A stretch of DNA of 64,000 nt from an uncultured Gemmatimonadota bacterium (lineage in GTDB: Bacteria > Gemmatimonadota > Gemmatimonadetes > Palauibacterales > Palauibacteraceae). Below, piece after piece: positions 26,952 to 38,989 of the stretch (position 1 is its first letter; each line of letters begins with the position of its first letter). The stretch is from the NCBI GenBank assembly GCA_964613475.1, contig CAZTGV010000002.1:14453-78452 (forward strand). The letters are read 5' to 3'. The translations under genes and the position numbers were made by a program. The notes beneath the pieces are model-generated. The model did not search any database. It worked only from the letters and a program-made list of their open reading frames with translations, and was not told the origin of the DNA.

Positions 26952-28384
26952 ACCCGCTTTCGCATGCGGGCCGAGAGGATCCCGAGCTGGTCCCGGTACT
27001 TGGCCACCGTGCGCCGGGCGATCTGGATCCCCTCCTTCTTGAGGATGTCCACGATCGCCTGGTCTGTGAGCGGGTCGTGCGAGTCCTCCTCGGCCACCAG
27101 CTGCTTGATCTTGGCGCGCACGCCGCGAGCCGAGACGTCCTCGCCGTAGTCGGTCGACAGCCCGCTGGAGAAGAAGAACTTGAGGTGGTACACGCCGCGC
27201 GGCGTCTGCACGTACTTCTCGTTCGTGACCCGCGAGACTGTGGACTCGTGCATGTCGATGTGCTCGGCCACCTCGCGGAGGGTGAGCGGCTTCAGGTGCT
27301 CCACCCCTTTCTCGAAGAAGTCGCGCTGCCGGTCCACGATGAAGTTCATCACCTTCAGCATCGTCTGCCGACGTTGCTCGATCGCCTGGATCATCCACTG
27401 GGCGCTGTTCAGCTTCTTCGAGATGAACGTCTTGTTCTCGCCCTGGAACTGGTTCTTGTTCTTCGCCACCTCCCGGTAGGAGCGCGAGAGCTTCAGGCGC
27501 GGCAGGCTCGTGTCGTTGTGGAACACGTAGTACTTGCCGTCGATCTTCTCGACCACCAGGTCCGGCGTCACGTACGTGTCCCGCATGTCCGCGTACTTGA
27601 GGCCCGGCTTCGGGTCGAGCTTCGCGATCTCGTCCGCGGCGGACTGGACCTCCTTGGGGGAGATCCCGTGCTCCTTGGAGAGCTCGCTCCAGCGGTGGTT
27701 CACCAGCTCCTCGAAGTGGTCGCGGACGATCCGGTAGGCGAGGCTCTCCTCCTGGTCGCGGTCCCGCAGCTGGATGAGCAGGCACTCCCGGAGGTCGCGC
27801 GCCCCCACCCCGCTGGGCTCGAAGCCCTGGATGACTCGCAGGACCTCCTCGGTCTCCTCGAGGGTGATCGTCTCCACCCCTTCCCACTGGGGGTTGCCCG
27901 GGTCCGAGAGGAAGTTGTTCACCGACTCGACGACCTCGTCCAGCTCACAGGTGAGGAAGCCCTCCCGGTCGATGTTCCCGATGATCTCCTCGCCGATCAG
28001 GACCTGACGGGGCTCCAGCTTGAGGAGCTTGAGCTGGTCGCGGAGGCGGTCCCAGAGGTCCTCGGTGGCGACCGGGGTGGGCTGGTAGTACTCCTTCTCC
28101 TCGTACTCCGCCTTCCGACCCCCCGCGTCGAAGCCGTTGAGGAGGATCTCCTCCCAGTCGACCTCGTCGTCCAGCTCGTCCTGCTCGAGCTCGTCCTTGA
28201 GGTCGTCCTCGCCCGGCTCCACCAGGTCGAGGAAGGGATTGTTGACCAGCTCTTGCTTGAGGTGCTGCTGCAGGTCCAGGAGGGGCATGTACAGGAGATC
28301 CATCGCCTGATACAGGCGAGGGTTGACCTTCATCTCCTGCTTCATCCGGACGCTCTGGGAGAGGCCCGTCCTCATATTGCTCAT
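26948..28384 (-). CDS. rpoN: RNA polymerase sigma-54 factor
   Basis: N-terminal Gln/Leu-rich region I (MKQEMKVNPRLYQAMDLLYMPLLDLQQHLKQEL), core-binding domain, HTH and RpoN box (ARRTVAKYR). ATG at 28384 (aa 50 of ORF 26948..28531). Confidence 0.9.
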   Translation of the reverse strand: MSNMRTGLSQSVRMKQEMKVNPRLYQAMDLLYMPLLDLQQHLKQELVNNPFLDLVEPGEDDLKDELEQDELDDEVDWEEILLNGFDAGGRKAEYEEKEYYQPTPVATEDLWDRLRDQLKLLKLEPRQVLIGEEIIGNIDREGFLTCELDEVVESVNNFLSDPGNPQWEGVETITLEETEEVLRVIQGFEPSGVGARDLRECLLIQLRDRDQEESLAYRIVRDHFEELVNHRWSELSKEHGISPKEVQSAADEIAKLDPKPGLKYADMRDTYVTPDLVVEKIDGKYYVFHNDTSLPRLKLSRSYREVAKNKNQFQGENKTFISKKLNSAQWMIQAIEQRRQTMLKVMNFIVDRQRDFFEKGVEHLKPLTLREVAEHIDMHESTVSRVTNEKYVQTPRGVYHLKFFFSSGLSTDYGEDVSARGVRAKIKQLVAEEDSHDPLTDQAIVDILKKEGIQIARRTVAKYRDQLGILSARMRKRV

Positions 28385-28439
28385 GGATGGCTCCGACCTG
28401 GATGTCCGCGTCTCGAACGATTCGCTGGAAATGCCGCTC

Positions 28440-28520
28440 GCGGTCGGCGCGCTCGGGCCGCCCCCGCCCCGCCCCCCACATGCACACAAACTTCGTACCA
28501 GCAAGATAATCGAACGGGGA
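28440..28520 (-). promoter_or_regulatory. Candidate promoter region for the rpoN-glycosylation operon (AT-richer island in the lptB-rpoN intergenic gap)
   Basis: 227-bp lptB-rpoN gap. On the - strand it reads ...GATTATCTTGCTGGTACGAAGTTTGTGTGCATGTGG..., which contains a TGGTAC-N5-TTGT element resembling but not matching the sigma-54 consensus TGGCAC-N5-TTGC. No clean sigma-70 boxes. Confidence 0.2.
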
Positions 28521-28611
28521 GGCGCGAGCACCCCGCGCTTCCCTACCCCGCCGGAGGCACGGCGGTTCGGGGGCTTCCCGGGCGGCCGGGCGGCCGCGGA
28601 GCGGAAGCGAG

Positions 28612-29364
28612 CTAGAGGCGGAAGTCCTGTCCCAGATACATCTTACGAGCCTCGGGATCGTTCACGAGCCGCTCCGCGGGCCCCTCGATGTGGATGCGGC
28701 CGTTGAACATCAGATAGGCCCGGTCGGTGATCGACAGCGTCTCGCGCACGTTGTGGTCGGTGATGAGAACGCCGAGTCCTTTTTCGCGGAGTCCGGCCAC
28801 GATTCGCTGAATGTCGTCCACCGCGATCGGGTCGACCCCGGCGAACGGCTCATCCAGCAGCATGAACTTGGGGCTGGTGACCAGCGCCCGAGTGATCTCC
28901 AGCCGGCGGCGCTCGCCGCCCGACAGCGCGTACGCCTTGCTCTTCCTCAGGTGCTTGATGTGCAGCTCGTCCAGGAGCGCCTCGAGCCGGCGGCGGCGCT
29001 CGTCCCGGCTCAGGTCGAGGGTCTCCAGGATGGCCATCACGTTCTCCTCCACCGTCAGCTTCCGGAAGACGGACGGCTCCTGGGAGAGGTACCCGATGCC
29101 GGCCCGCGCCCGGCGGTACATCGGCCAGTCGGTGATCTCCTCCTCGTCCAGGAACACCCGGCCCCGGTCGGCGTCGAGCAGCCCGACGATCATGTAGAAG
29201 GTGGTCGTCTTCCCGGCTCCGTTCGGGCCGAGCAGGCCGACGATCTCTCCCTGCTCGACCCGCACGTCGACCTCGTCCACCACCCGCCGCTTGCGGAATG
29301 CCTTCACCAGCCCGGAGGCACGCAGGACGCTCCGCGCGGGCAGGGGGGCGTCGGGGCGTGGCAT
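28612..29364 (-). CDS. lptB: LPS export ABC transporter ATP-binding protein LptB
   Basis: Walker [13 protein letters not shown] signature LSGGERRR, Walker B LLDEP. ATG at 29364 (aa 48 of ORF 28612..29505). Confidence 0.9.
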   Translation of the reverse strand: MPRPDAPLPARSVLRASGLVKAFRKRRVVDEVDVRVEQGEIVGLLGPNGAGKTTTFYMIVGLLDADRGRVFLDEEEITDWPMYRRARAGIGYLSQEPSVFRKLTVEENVMAILETLDLSRDERRRRLEALLDELHIKHLRKSKAYALSGGERRRLEITRALVTSPKFMLLDEPFAGVDPIAVDDIQRIVAGLREKGLGVLITDHNVRETLSITDRAYLMFNGRIHIEGPAERLVNDPEARKMYLGQDFRL

Positions 29365-29501
29365 GGCCGCGGCGGCCTGCCCCGGCGCGGCCTCCCGGTG
29401 CCCCCGGGGGGGCGCCTGCGTGCCCGCCCCGTCGGCGCCGGCACCCAGGGTCCCCGGGTCCGAGCCGGCCCCCGCCGCCTCCGCGCCCGCGGCGCGCGCG
29501 C

Positions 29502-31217
29502 TCATCGCCCGCCCTCCGGGGGCCGCTCCGCCGGCCCCGAGACGGTGTCCGAGGGGGCCGGTTCGCCTTGGGGAAGCGGCGGGAGCGTGTCCGGGGGCGC
29601 GCGCCCGGGCGGCGCCTCCCCGGCCGCCCCCTCCTCCAGCGGGTCCAGGTATAGGCCGATCGCGTCGCGTCCGACCACCCGGCTCGCCTCGCCCTCCTCG
29701 AACAGGATTTCGATCTCCCGGCCGATCAGGTAGTTGCGCGAGGGGATGGACGTGCGCGTCGTGTCCCGCACGGCCGCGTAGAAGGCGCGGGCGTCGCCGA
29801 CGACCCGGATGCGCCGCAGGCGGGCCTCCCGATCCCCGGCCGGTTCGGTGGCCGTTTCTCGCTCGGCCGCTCCGTCCGGCTCGTCCCCGTCCTCGGCCGC
29901 TCCATCCGCTCCGTCCCCTTGCTCGGCCGCTTCATCCGCCCCGTCCTCGGCGGGCTCGGCCGGCAGCGGCTCGAACATCGCCCACAGCGTGTCGCCCGTG
30001 GCCCAGTTCGTCTCCCTCTCCACCGGAAGCTCGGGGTCCGGGATGCGGCGCGGCTCCGCGCCGGCCCCCGACCGCGCCGTCGGCTCGTCCTCGGCCGCGC
30101 GCTCCGTCGTCTCCTCCCCGCGCACCGCCACGGCCCGTCCGACCGCCACGATCGTGTCGAGCCGGCCCTCCACCAGGAAGAAGCGGAGGGAGTCCCCGTA
30201 CAGGCGGTGCGGCGGTGAGAGGGCGAGCGAGCGTTCCGGTCCGAAGGCCCACACGGCGTCCACCTCGTCCTCCTCGACCCGGATGTGGATCGCCTCGGCG
30301 AGCACCTCGAAGGACTCCCCCGCGGCGCGCCCGCGGCCGAGCGCGCGCACCTCCTCCAGGTCGCCTTCCTGAAAGCGGAGGCGGATCGTGTCGCCCTCGA
30401 GCGAGAAGCGCTCCCCCGCCGCCCGTGGCGTTCCGAGGAGGAGCCCGGTACCCGCCTCGAGGTCGAAGAAGGCGCTGTCGGAACTCGCGCGCAGGTCGGG
30501 CCTCTCGATCACCACCTCCCCCCACGCCGCGGCGCGCTCCTCCCCGGCGAACTCCGTCCGGTCCGCGTCCACCTCGAAGGGCGGCGCCTCCGGGTCTTCC
30601 TCGGAGCGCAGCACCATGTGCGGGCGACCGGTCGCCACGGTGCGCTCGGCGACGCCCGACACGGCCCGCAGGAACTCCACCCGCGGTCCCTCCAGCGTGG
30701 AGCCGGAGCCGAAGCGCTCCAGGCGGACGTCCCCGGTCGCCACCACCCGGTCGCCGACCTGGTAGTAGTCGAGCCGCTCCGAATCGAGCCGCCGGATCGT
30801 GTCCCGGTACCGGACCCGCCCCAGCAGCTCCACCCGGCGCTCGGCCTCGTAGCGGACGGCGCTGTCGGCCTCCATCACGGCCGTTCCGCACGTCCATTCC
30901 ATCCCCCCTCCCACGTGCGTGACGTGCCCGCCGGCGGGGTCGCGGACGCTCACGCTGCGCGTCTCGGGGGAGGCCGGCTCCCAGGTGAGCACGCAGCGGC
31001 GGAGTCCGGGCTCGTCGGGCCCTTCCGGGCCCTCCGGCTCCACCTCTTCGGCCGGGCGGGGCGGCTCCTCCTGCTCCGCCTCCTCCTCCCGAGGCTCGGG
31101 CTCCTGGCCGACCGCCGCCGAGCCGGGGAGTCCGAGCGCCAGCAGGGCGACCGCCAGCGCGGCCAGGAGCGTCGGGCGGACGGGGGGCGCGGGGATCGGG
31201 CGCGCGGCGGACCGCAT
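29502..31217 (-). CDS. lptA: LptA/OstA-family periplasmic protein, unusually long (571 aa) with acidic low-complexity tract
   Basis: Signal peptide ([38 protein letters not shown]). Repeated OstA-like beta-jellyroll segments. Sits in the lptC-lptA-lptB context. Confidence 0.65.
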   Translation of the reverse strand: MRSAARPIPAPPVRPTLLAALAVALLALGLPGSAAVGQEPEPREEEAEQEEPPRPAEEVEPEGPEGPDEPGLRRCVLTWEPASPETRSVSVRDPAGGHVTHVGGGMEWTCGTAVMEADSAVRYEAERRVELLGRVRYRDTIRRLDSERLDYYQVGDRVVATGDVRLERFGSGSTLEGPRVEFLRAVSGVAERTVATGRPHMVLRSEEDPEAPPFEVDADRTEFAGEERAAAWGEVVIERPDLRASSDSAFFDLEAGTGLLLGTPRAAGERFSLEGDTIRLRFQEGDLEEVRALGRGRAAGESFEVLAEAIHIRVEEDEVDAVWAFGPERSLALSPPHRLYGDSLRFFLVEGRLDTIVAVGRAVAVRGEETTERAAEDEPTARSGAGAEPRRIPDPELPVERETNWATGDTLWAMFEPLPAEPAEDGADEAAEQGDGADGAAEDGDEPDGAAERETATEPAGDREARLRRIRVVGDARAFYAAVRDTTRTSIPSRNYLIGREIEILFEEGEASRVVGRDAIGLYLDPLEEGAAGEAPPGRAPPDTLPPLPQGEPAPSDTVSGPAERPPEGGR

Positions 31218-31225
31218 CGGCGCGG

Positions 31226-31816
31226 CTATCCCTCCCCCTCGGCGCGACCGGCCGGCTGGAGCACCCGCACCGTGTCCAGCGCCGGGTCGGTCTCGAACCC
31301 GCGGCCGCGCAGCACCGTGTCGCCCCGGTAGAGGGTGAACGCGCGGTCGCTCCGCAGCCGGTCGGCCACCGCGTCGTACTCGAGCTCCTCGGTGACCAGC
31401 CGCTGGCCCTCCCGGCGGTCCAGGAGCACGACGCCGCCGAACGCCTCCATGTCGTTCCGCTGCATGTCGTAGTAGCCTTCCCGGGCGGTGAGCTGGGAGG
31501 TCACCCGGCCGTCCTGGTCGTAGAAGGTCAGGTCGACCGGCACCACCCGCACCCGCGTGTCGTCCCGGAGGAAGTAGGCGGTGTCCGCGACGAGGTGGGC
31601 GCGGCGCAGGCCGCTCCGGCTCATGAAGTGCTCCATGTCGACCAGCACCTGATCGGCCCCGAGCCGCAGGAACTCCGGCCCGGCCGTCTCCACCGGGTCC
31701 TCCGACCCGCAGCCCGCGAGCGTCGCGATCAGGGCGAGCGCGCCGAACGCGGCCGGGCCGCCGGATCGGCCGCGCGCGATCCGCGCCCCGCCCCGCTTCC
31801 CCTCGCACCGCCTCAC
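31226..31816 (-). CDS. lptC: LptC-like protein (lipoprotein-type signal LAGC); alternative GTG start at 31846
   Basis: Position between kdsD and lptA. C-terminal LptC-like beta-jellyroll. ...AAFGALALIATLAGCGS lipobox. Confidence 0.6.
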   Translation of the reverse strand: MRRCEGKRGGARIARGRSGGPAAFGALALIATLAGCGSEDPVETAGPEFLRLGADQVLVDMEHFMSRSGLRRAHLVADTAYFLRDDTRVRVVPVDLTFYDQDGRVTSQLTAREGYYDMQRNDMEAFGGVVLLDRREGQRLVTEELEYDAVADRLRSDRAFTLYRGDTVLRGRGFETDPALDTVRVLQPAGRAEGEG

Positions 31817-31842
31817 GCCGCCACGCCTCGCCTCGCTCGGCC

Positions 31843-32823
31843 TCACGCCATTCCGGCACGCAGGAGGTCGTGCAGGTGGACGATCCCCCGCAGCGCCCCC
31901 CGTCCATCCACCACCGGCAGCGCCATGATCCCGTGCGTCTCGAGCTCCCGGACCGCCTCGGCGGCCAACGCGTCGGCCCCGATCACCTTCGGCTCCCGGT
32001 TCATCGCCCGCTCCACCGGATCGGTCAGGAAGTGGGGCCGCCCCTCCGCGTAGCGCGTGAGGTCTCCCGCGGTCAGCACCCCGATCACTCGCCGCGCCTC
32101 GTCCACCACCGGCACCGTGCCTCGCTTGTGCGCGATCTCCCGCATCGCCTCTCCCAGCGTGGACCGGGGGCCCACCGCCGGCACCTCCCCCTCGTCCTTC
32201 ACCATCACGTCCTCTACCCGCCAGAGGAGACGGCGTCCCAGCGCCCCGCCCGGATGCAGACGGGCGAAGTCCTCGGCGCCGAAGTCCCGCTCCTCCAGCA
32301 GCGCCATGGCCAGCGCGTCGCCCATGGCCAGGGCGGCCGTGCTGCTCGAGGTGGGGGAGAGGTCGTGCGGGCACGCCTCCTCGGCCACGCTCACGTCCAG
32401 CACGACCTCCGCGTGCCGGGCCAGGGTGGAGCGGAGCCCCCCGGTGAGGGCGATCACCGGAATGTCCAGCCGCTTGACCGCCGGCATCAGGGCGGACAGC
32501 TCCTGGGACTCGCCGCTCCGGGACACGACGAGCAGCAGGTCACCGCGCAGCAGCACCCCCATGTCGCCGTGGATCCCCTCCACCGGGTGGAGGAACAGGG
32601 CCGGCGTTCCGGTGGAGGCCAGGGTGGACGCGATCTTCCGGGCCACCAGGCCGGACTTCCCGATTCCGGTGACCACCACGCGACCCGGCGCCGACAGGAT
32701 CCGCCGCACGGCGGTCACGAAGCGCTCGTCGAGTCGGTCTCCGAGCGCCGCCACGCTCTCCGCCTCGAGGCGGATCGTCTCCCGGCCGCGCGCGAGGACC
32801 CGCCCGTCCCGATCCCCGATCAC
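31843..32823 (-). CDS. kdsD: Arabinose-5-phosphate isomerase KdsD (SIS + tandem CBS)
   Basis: SIS domain (VVVTGIGKSGLVARKIASTLASTGTPA) plus CBS pair. GTG at 32823 forms a GTGA overlap with kdsC stop; longer ORF start at 32958 would overlap kdsC by 140 nt. Confidence 0.85.
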   Translation of the reverse strand: MIGDRDGRVLARGRETIRLEAESVAALGDRLDERFVTAVRRILSAPGRVVVTGIGKSGLVARKIASTLASTGTPALFLHPVEGIHGDMGVLLRGDLLLVVSRSGESQELSALMPAVKRLDIPVIALTGGLRSTLARHAEVVLDVSVAEEACPHDLSPTSSSTAALAMGDALAMALLEERDFGAEDFARLHPGGALGRRLLWRVEDVMVKDEGEVPAVGPRSTLGEAMREIAHKRGTVPVVDEARRVIGVLTAGDLTRYAEGRPHFLTDPVERAMNREPKVIGADALAAEAVRELETHGIMALPVVDGRGALRGIVHLHDLLRAGMA

Positions 32824-33401
32824 CCGGACCCCTCCGGCCGTCCCCGGCCGCGCGCCACGTACGCGTCCACCAGCCGGCTCCATTCGCCCCGCGCCCGAAG
32901 GAGCGCCTCGGCGAACTCCCGCACCGCGCCCCGCCCGCCCGGCGCGGTGGAGCGCCACACCGCCCGCCTTCGCACCTCGGGCGCCGCATCCGCCACCGCG
33001 GCGGGCAGTCCGACCCGCTCCAGGACGGCGAGGTCCGCCAGGTCGTCGGCCAGGCAGGCGGCCTCCGCCCAGCCGCAGCCGTGACGATCGAGGAGCGCCT
33101 CGATCCGCTGCACCTTGTCGAACGGGCCCACCTGGTGGACCTCCTCGATGGAGAGGTCCGCCGCCCGCGCCCGGACCGCCGGGGAGTCCTTGCCGGAGAC
33201 CACCGCCACCGCGAGGCCCGCCTCCCGCAGGAAGTGGACGCCCATCCCGTCGCGCACGTGGAAGCGGCGCAGCCCGTAGGGGCGCCCGTCGGGGCCGTCC
33301 GCCACGTAGATCCCCCCGTCGGTGAGCACGCCGTCCGCGTCCAGCACGATCAGCCGAACTCGACGGGCGCGCGTCGCGAAGTCGCCGCCGGGATCGGTCA
33401 C
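32820..33401 (-). CDS. kdsC: Kdo-8-phosphate phosphatase KdsC (HAD superfamily)
   Basis: HAD motif I LIVLDADGVLTDG, KdsC-size 194 aa. GTG start overlapping kdsA stop. Upstream part of ORF 32820..33800 is low-complexity. Confidence 0.8.
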   Translation of the reverse strand: MTDPGGDFATRARRVRLIVLDADGVLTDGGIYVADGPDGRPYGLRRFHVRDGMGVHFLREAGLAVAVVSGKDSPAVRARAADLSIEEVHQVGPFDKVQRIEALLDRHGCGWAEAACLADDLADLAVLERVGLPAAVADAAPEVRRRAVWRSTAPGGRGAVREFAEALLRARGEWSRLVDAYVARGRGRPEGSG

Positions 33402-34213
33402 GCCAGCGCCTCCCGCAGCCGCAGCACCTCTTCCAGGAGCGGCTCCAGGCGCGCCAGCGGCAGCATGTTCGGCCCGTCCGAGGGGGCGGCCCCCGGGTCC
33501 GGGTGGACCTCGAGGAAGAGCCCGTCGGCCCCCGCCGCCACCGCGGCCCGGACCAGCGGCTCGATGAAACGGGGCTCCCCGCCGCTCGCGGCTCCCCCCC
33601 CTCCCGGCAGCTGCACGGCGTGCGTGCCGTCGAACACGGCGGGACAGCCGCAGGCCTCCCGCATGATGGCGAAGCTCCGCATGTCCACCACCCAGCGGCC
33701 GTAGCCGAAGGCGGTCCCCCGCTCGGTGACCGCGATCTCCTCCGCGCCGGCCGCCCGGACCTTCTCGACCGAGTGCGCGATCTGCTCGGGCGCCATCCAC
33801 TGCCCCTTCTTCACGTTCACCGGCCGCCCGCTCGCCCCGCAGGCGGCCAGCAGCTCGGTCTGCCGCGACAGGAAGGCCGGCACCTGGAGCGCGTCGACCA
33901 CTGCGGCCACCGCCTCCACCTGCGCGGGTCCGTGCACGTCCGTCAGCACGGGGAGCCCCGTCTCGTCACGGACCTCCCGGAGCCGCTCCAGCCCCCGCGC
34001 CAGGCCCGGGCCGCGCTCCGAGCCGAGGGAGGTGCGGTTCGCCTTGTCGAAGGAGGCCTTGAAGTAGACGGGGATCCCCAGCCGTCCGGCCGCCGCCGCC
34101 ACCCCAGCGGCCACCCGCACGTTGAGCGCGCGGTCCTCCAGGACGCACGGCCCCGCGATCAGGAAGAAGGGGGCATCGGCGCGAAAGGAGGGGCTGGAAG
34201 CGGGGGCGGGCAC
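33398..34213 (-). CDS. kdsA: 2-dehydro-3-deoxyphosphooctonate aldolase (Kdo8P synthase)
   Basis: DAHP-synthase-I/KdsA family TIM barrel (FFLIAGPCVLE, KASFDKANRTS), 271 aa. Confidence 0.9.
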   Translation of the reverse strand: MPAPASSPSFRADAPFFLIAGPCVLEDRALNVRVAAGVAAAAGRLGIPVYFKASFDKANRTSLGSERGPGLARGLERLREVRDETGLPVLTDVHGPAQVEAVAAVVDALQVPAFLSRQTELLAACGASGRPVNVKKGQWMAPEQIAHSVEKVRAAGAEEIAVTERGTAFGYGRWVVDMRSFAIMREACGCPAVFDGTHAVQLPGGGGAASGGEPRFIEPLVRAAVAAGADGLFLEVHPDPGAAPSDGPNMLPLARLEPLLEEVLRLREALA

Positions 34214-34238
34214 GGGCGGGGACGCGCGCGGCCGCCGT

Positions 34239-36718
<2,480 letters not shown>

Positions 36719-36823
36719 GCCGCGAGCGGCGGGGGCGTCGGGATCCGCACCCGCGGAAGCTACGCCGCACTACTCGGGCTGTCAAAGCCACGCGCCGTCG
36801 GGGCCGCGCGCACCGGCACCGGG

Positions 36824-38389
36824 TCACCCGCGTGGAAAGCGACTCGTCACGTAGAACTGGACGTCCCGTCCGGTACCCCCGGGATCCCACGCCACCGCCG
36901 TCTCCAGGAAGAAGATCCGGATCCCGGCCACCAGGTTCTCGGTGAAGCGCGGTCGCTCGCCCATCGCTCCCCAGGCGGAGCCTGCGACCCCGCGCAGGAG
37001 CACCTCCGTCGGACCCACGGTCGGCACGTCCAGGAACGGAAGCGGGACGAGGTAGGTGACCTCTGCCAGGACGGCACGCGGTCCGCGGAGCGCGAGGACG
37101 GGCAGCGTGGGCAGCGTCCCCACCCCGCCGAGTCCGGACCACCGCTGTCGCGGGAGCGCGCCCGCCAGGTCGCCCCGGGCGAGAGCGAACAGCTCGAGCG
37201 CGTGCCCGTGGGGGAGGATGCGCCGGGCCGAGCCGCGGGCTTCCGCGAGGAGGAACGAGAAGTCTCCGGCCGCGTCGTCGTGCGCCCCTTCCACCCGCGC
37301 GAGCAGCCGGGTGCGATCCAGTCCGTTCCGGCTCCGCAGCTCCGCGCCCAGGAGGAAGGACGCCGCCTCGTCCTCGTCCACCTCCGGGTTGCCCCGCGGC
37401 TCGTCCGAGCGGAAGAGCACCGTTCGCTCCATCGCCTCCAGCGACCGGGCGCGCTCCCACGCCGCGCCGGCGAACAGCGTCCAGTCCCCGGCGGGACGCA
37501 CCTCCGCCCGCAGGGCCGTCCAGTCCGCCCGGTAGTAGTCCCGGTAGTCGTTCCCGAGGAACAGGTAGGAGAGCGTGTTCAGGGCGTCGGCGCGGATCCA
37601 CGCCTCGTTGCTCCGGGTCCGGCGTCCCCCCTCCGCCGTGAGGCGGAGCCGGCGGCCGAGGTGGCCGTGCAGGGCCGCGCTCCCTTCCAGCGCGTCCTGC
37701 TCGGTGCGGTAGCGGACCTCCCCCTCCAGCTCGGGGCGCCACGGCCAGGCGTTCGCCCGCACCGCGCCGCCCCAGCGGAACGTCCACCCGTCCACCCGCT
37801 GGTAGGTCGGCAGGCGGAGTCCGTACAGCGGGCCCAGGGAAAGCGTCTCCCGTTCCTCCTCCGGCGCGAATACGAGGAAGCCGCCGGCCTCCGGGAGCAC
37901 CCGCACGCGCTCGTTGGGCCGGTAGACCGTGCGACCCCCCACCTCCGCCAGGCCCGAGCTGTAGAACCCGCCCCCGACGACCACCAGGTCGCCGCCGATG
38001 CGGGCGCCCGGGCGGAGGAAGAGATCGCCGTCCGCCACGTAGACGCTCCCCTCCACGCGCCCGGCGATCCGCACCGCCGCTTCGAGCACCAGCAGGTTGC
38101 CCCGCACCGTGTCCCCGCGCGCCAGGATCGTGTCGTGAACGAGGACCTGATAGCGCTCCGTCTCCACGAAGCGGGCCAGGTCGCGCTGCGCAGGGCTTTC
38201 CGGGCGGGGCTCGGGAAAGCGGACCTCCTGGGCGGCGGCGGTTCCGGCGCCGCCGGCGAGAAGCGAGGCCCCGGCCAGTGCCCCCAGGGCCGCCGCGCGT
38301 CGCGCCGCCCGGCGCCACGCCCCGCCCCCGAGGCGCCCCGGGTCGCCGCCCGTCGCGGTTCCGGCCTCCCCCGCGGCCCCGGGCCTCAC
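36824..38389 (-). CDS. Exported hypothetical protein with bactofilin-like beta-helical segment and large C-terminal beta-rich domain (start uncertain)
   Basis: Signal-peptide-like AWRRAARRAAALGALAGASLLAGGAGTAAAQ. Repetitive G-x-V/I-x-G-D beta-helix motifs (RGDTVRGNLLVLEAAVRIAGRVEGSVYVADGDLFLRPGARIGGDLVVVGGG). GTG at 38389 overlaps nitroreductase stop. Confidence 0.5.
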   Translation of the reverse strand: MRPGAAGEAGTATGGDPGRLGGGAWRRAARRAAALGALAGASLLAGGAGTAAAQEVRFPEPRPESPAQRDLARFVETERYQVLVHDTILARGDTVRGNLLVLEAAVRIAGRVEGSVYVADGDLFLRPGARIGGDLVVVGGGFYSSGLAEVGGRTVYRPNERVRVLPEAGGFLVFAPEEERETLSLGPLYGLRLPTYQRVDGWTFRWGGAVRANAWPWRPELEGEVRYRTEQDALEGSAALHGHLGRRLRLTAEGGRRTRSNEAWIRADALNTLSYLFLGNDYRDYYRADWTALRAEVRPAGDWTLFAGAAWERARSLEAMERTVLFRSDEPRGNPEVDEDEAASFLLGAELRSRNGLDRTRLLARVEGAHDDAAGDFSFLLAEARGSARRILPHGHALELFALARGDLAGALPRQRWSGLGGVGTLPTLPVLALRGPRAVLAEVTYLVPLPFLDVPTVGPTEVLLRGVAGSAWGAMGERPRFTENLVAGIRIFFLETAVAWDPGGTGRDVQFYVTSRFPRG

Positions 38390-38934
38390 CCGGCCCCCGC
38401 CGCCGGATCCGAGCCCCAGCGGTCCCAGGCCACCGTCTCCGCCAGCGGCCGCCGGCCCGGGAGCGCGTCCAGGCCGTCCGGATAGCCGACCGCCACGATG
38501 GAGAGGACCGGAACGTCCGGGGGGATCCCGAGCACCTCCCGCACGGCGGGCTCCCGGAAGCCGGGAATCCAGCTGGTGGAGAGGCCGAGGTCCGCCGCGG
38601 CCAGGCAGAGCGCCTGGGTCGCCGCGGCCAGGTCGACGGGGTGGCTCGGCCGGCCGGTGCCGCTCACGTGGGAGTGGATGCGGGCCGCGCCCACGATCGC
38701 CAGGGGCGCGCTCCGGAGGTGCGGGTGGTTGAACGCCGCCGCGGCCAGCCGGTGGCGGGCCAGCGCCTCCCGCACGACCACGAAGCGCCACGGCTGTGCC
38801 TCGCGGGCCGAGGGCGCATAGCACGCGCACTCCAGGATGCACTCGATCGCCTCGGCCGGCACCGGACGGTCCGCGAAGCGCCGCACCGGACGGCGGTTCC
38901 GGGCGAGGCTGAGCACCCGGGAGACCCGGCTCAC
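38386..38934 (-). CDS. Nitroreductase-family (FMN) protein
   Basis: Nitroreductase fold motifs (RRPVRRFADRPVPAEAIECILECACYAPSAREAQPWRFVVV). Confidence 0.75.
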   Translation of the reverse strand: MSRVSRVLSLARNRRPVRRFADRPVPAEAIECILECACYAPSAREAQPWRFVVVREALARHRLAAAAFNHPHLRSAPLAIVGAARIHSHVSGTGRPSHPVDLAAATQALCLAAADLGLSTSWIPGFREPAVREVLGIPPDVPVLSIVAVGYPDGLDALPGRRPLAETVAWDRWGSDPAAGAG

Positions 38935-38989
38935 GCGCGCCCCCTCCCGCCCGCCGCCGCGCCGCGCTCCCGTGCCCCCGGAATCCCGG

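Noticed and set aside
28560-28611. Direct octamer repeat CGGGCGGC-CGGGCGGC downstream of lptB considered as a terminator hairpin
   Set aside because: It is a direct repeat, not an inverted one, so no stem can form. Reported only as part of the candidate promoter region.
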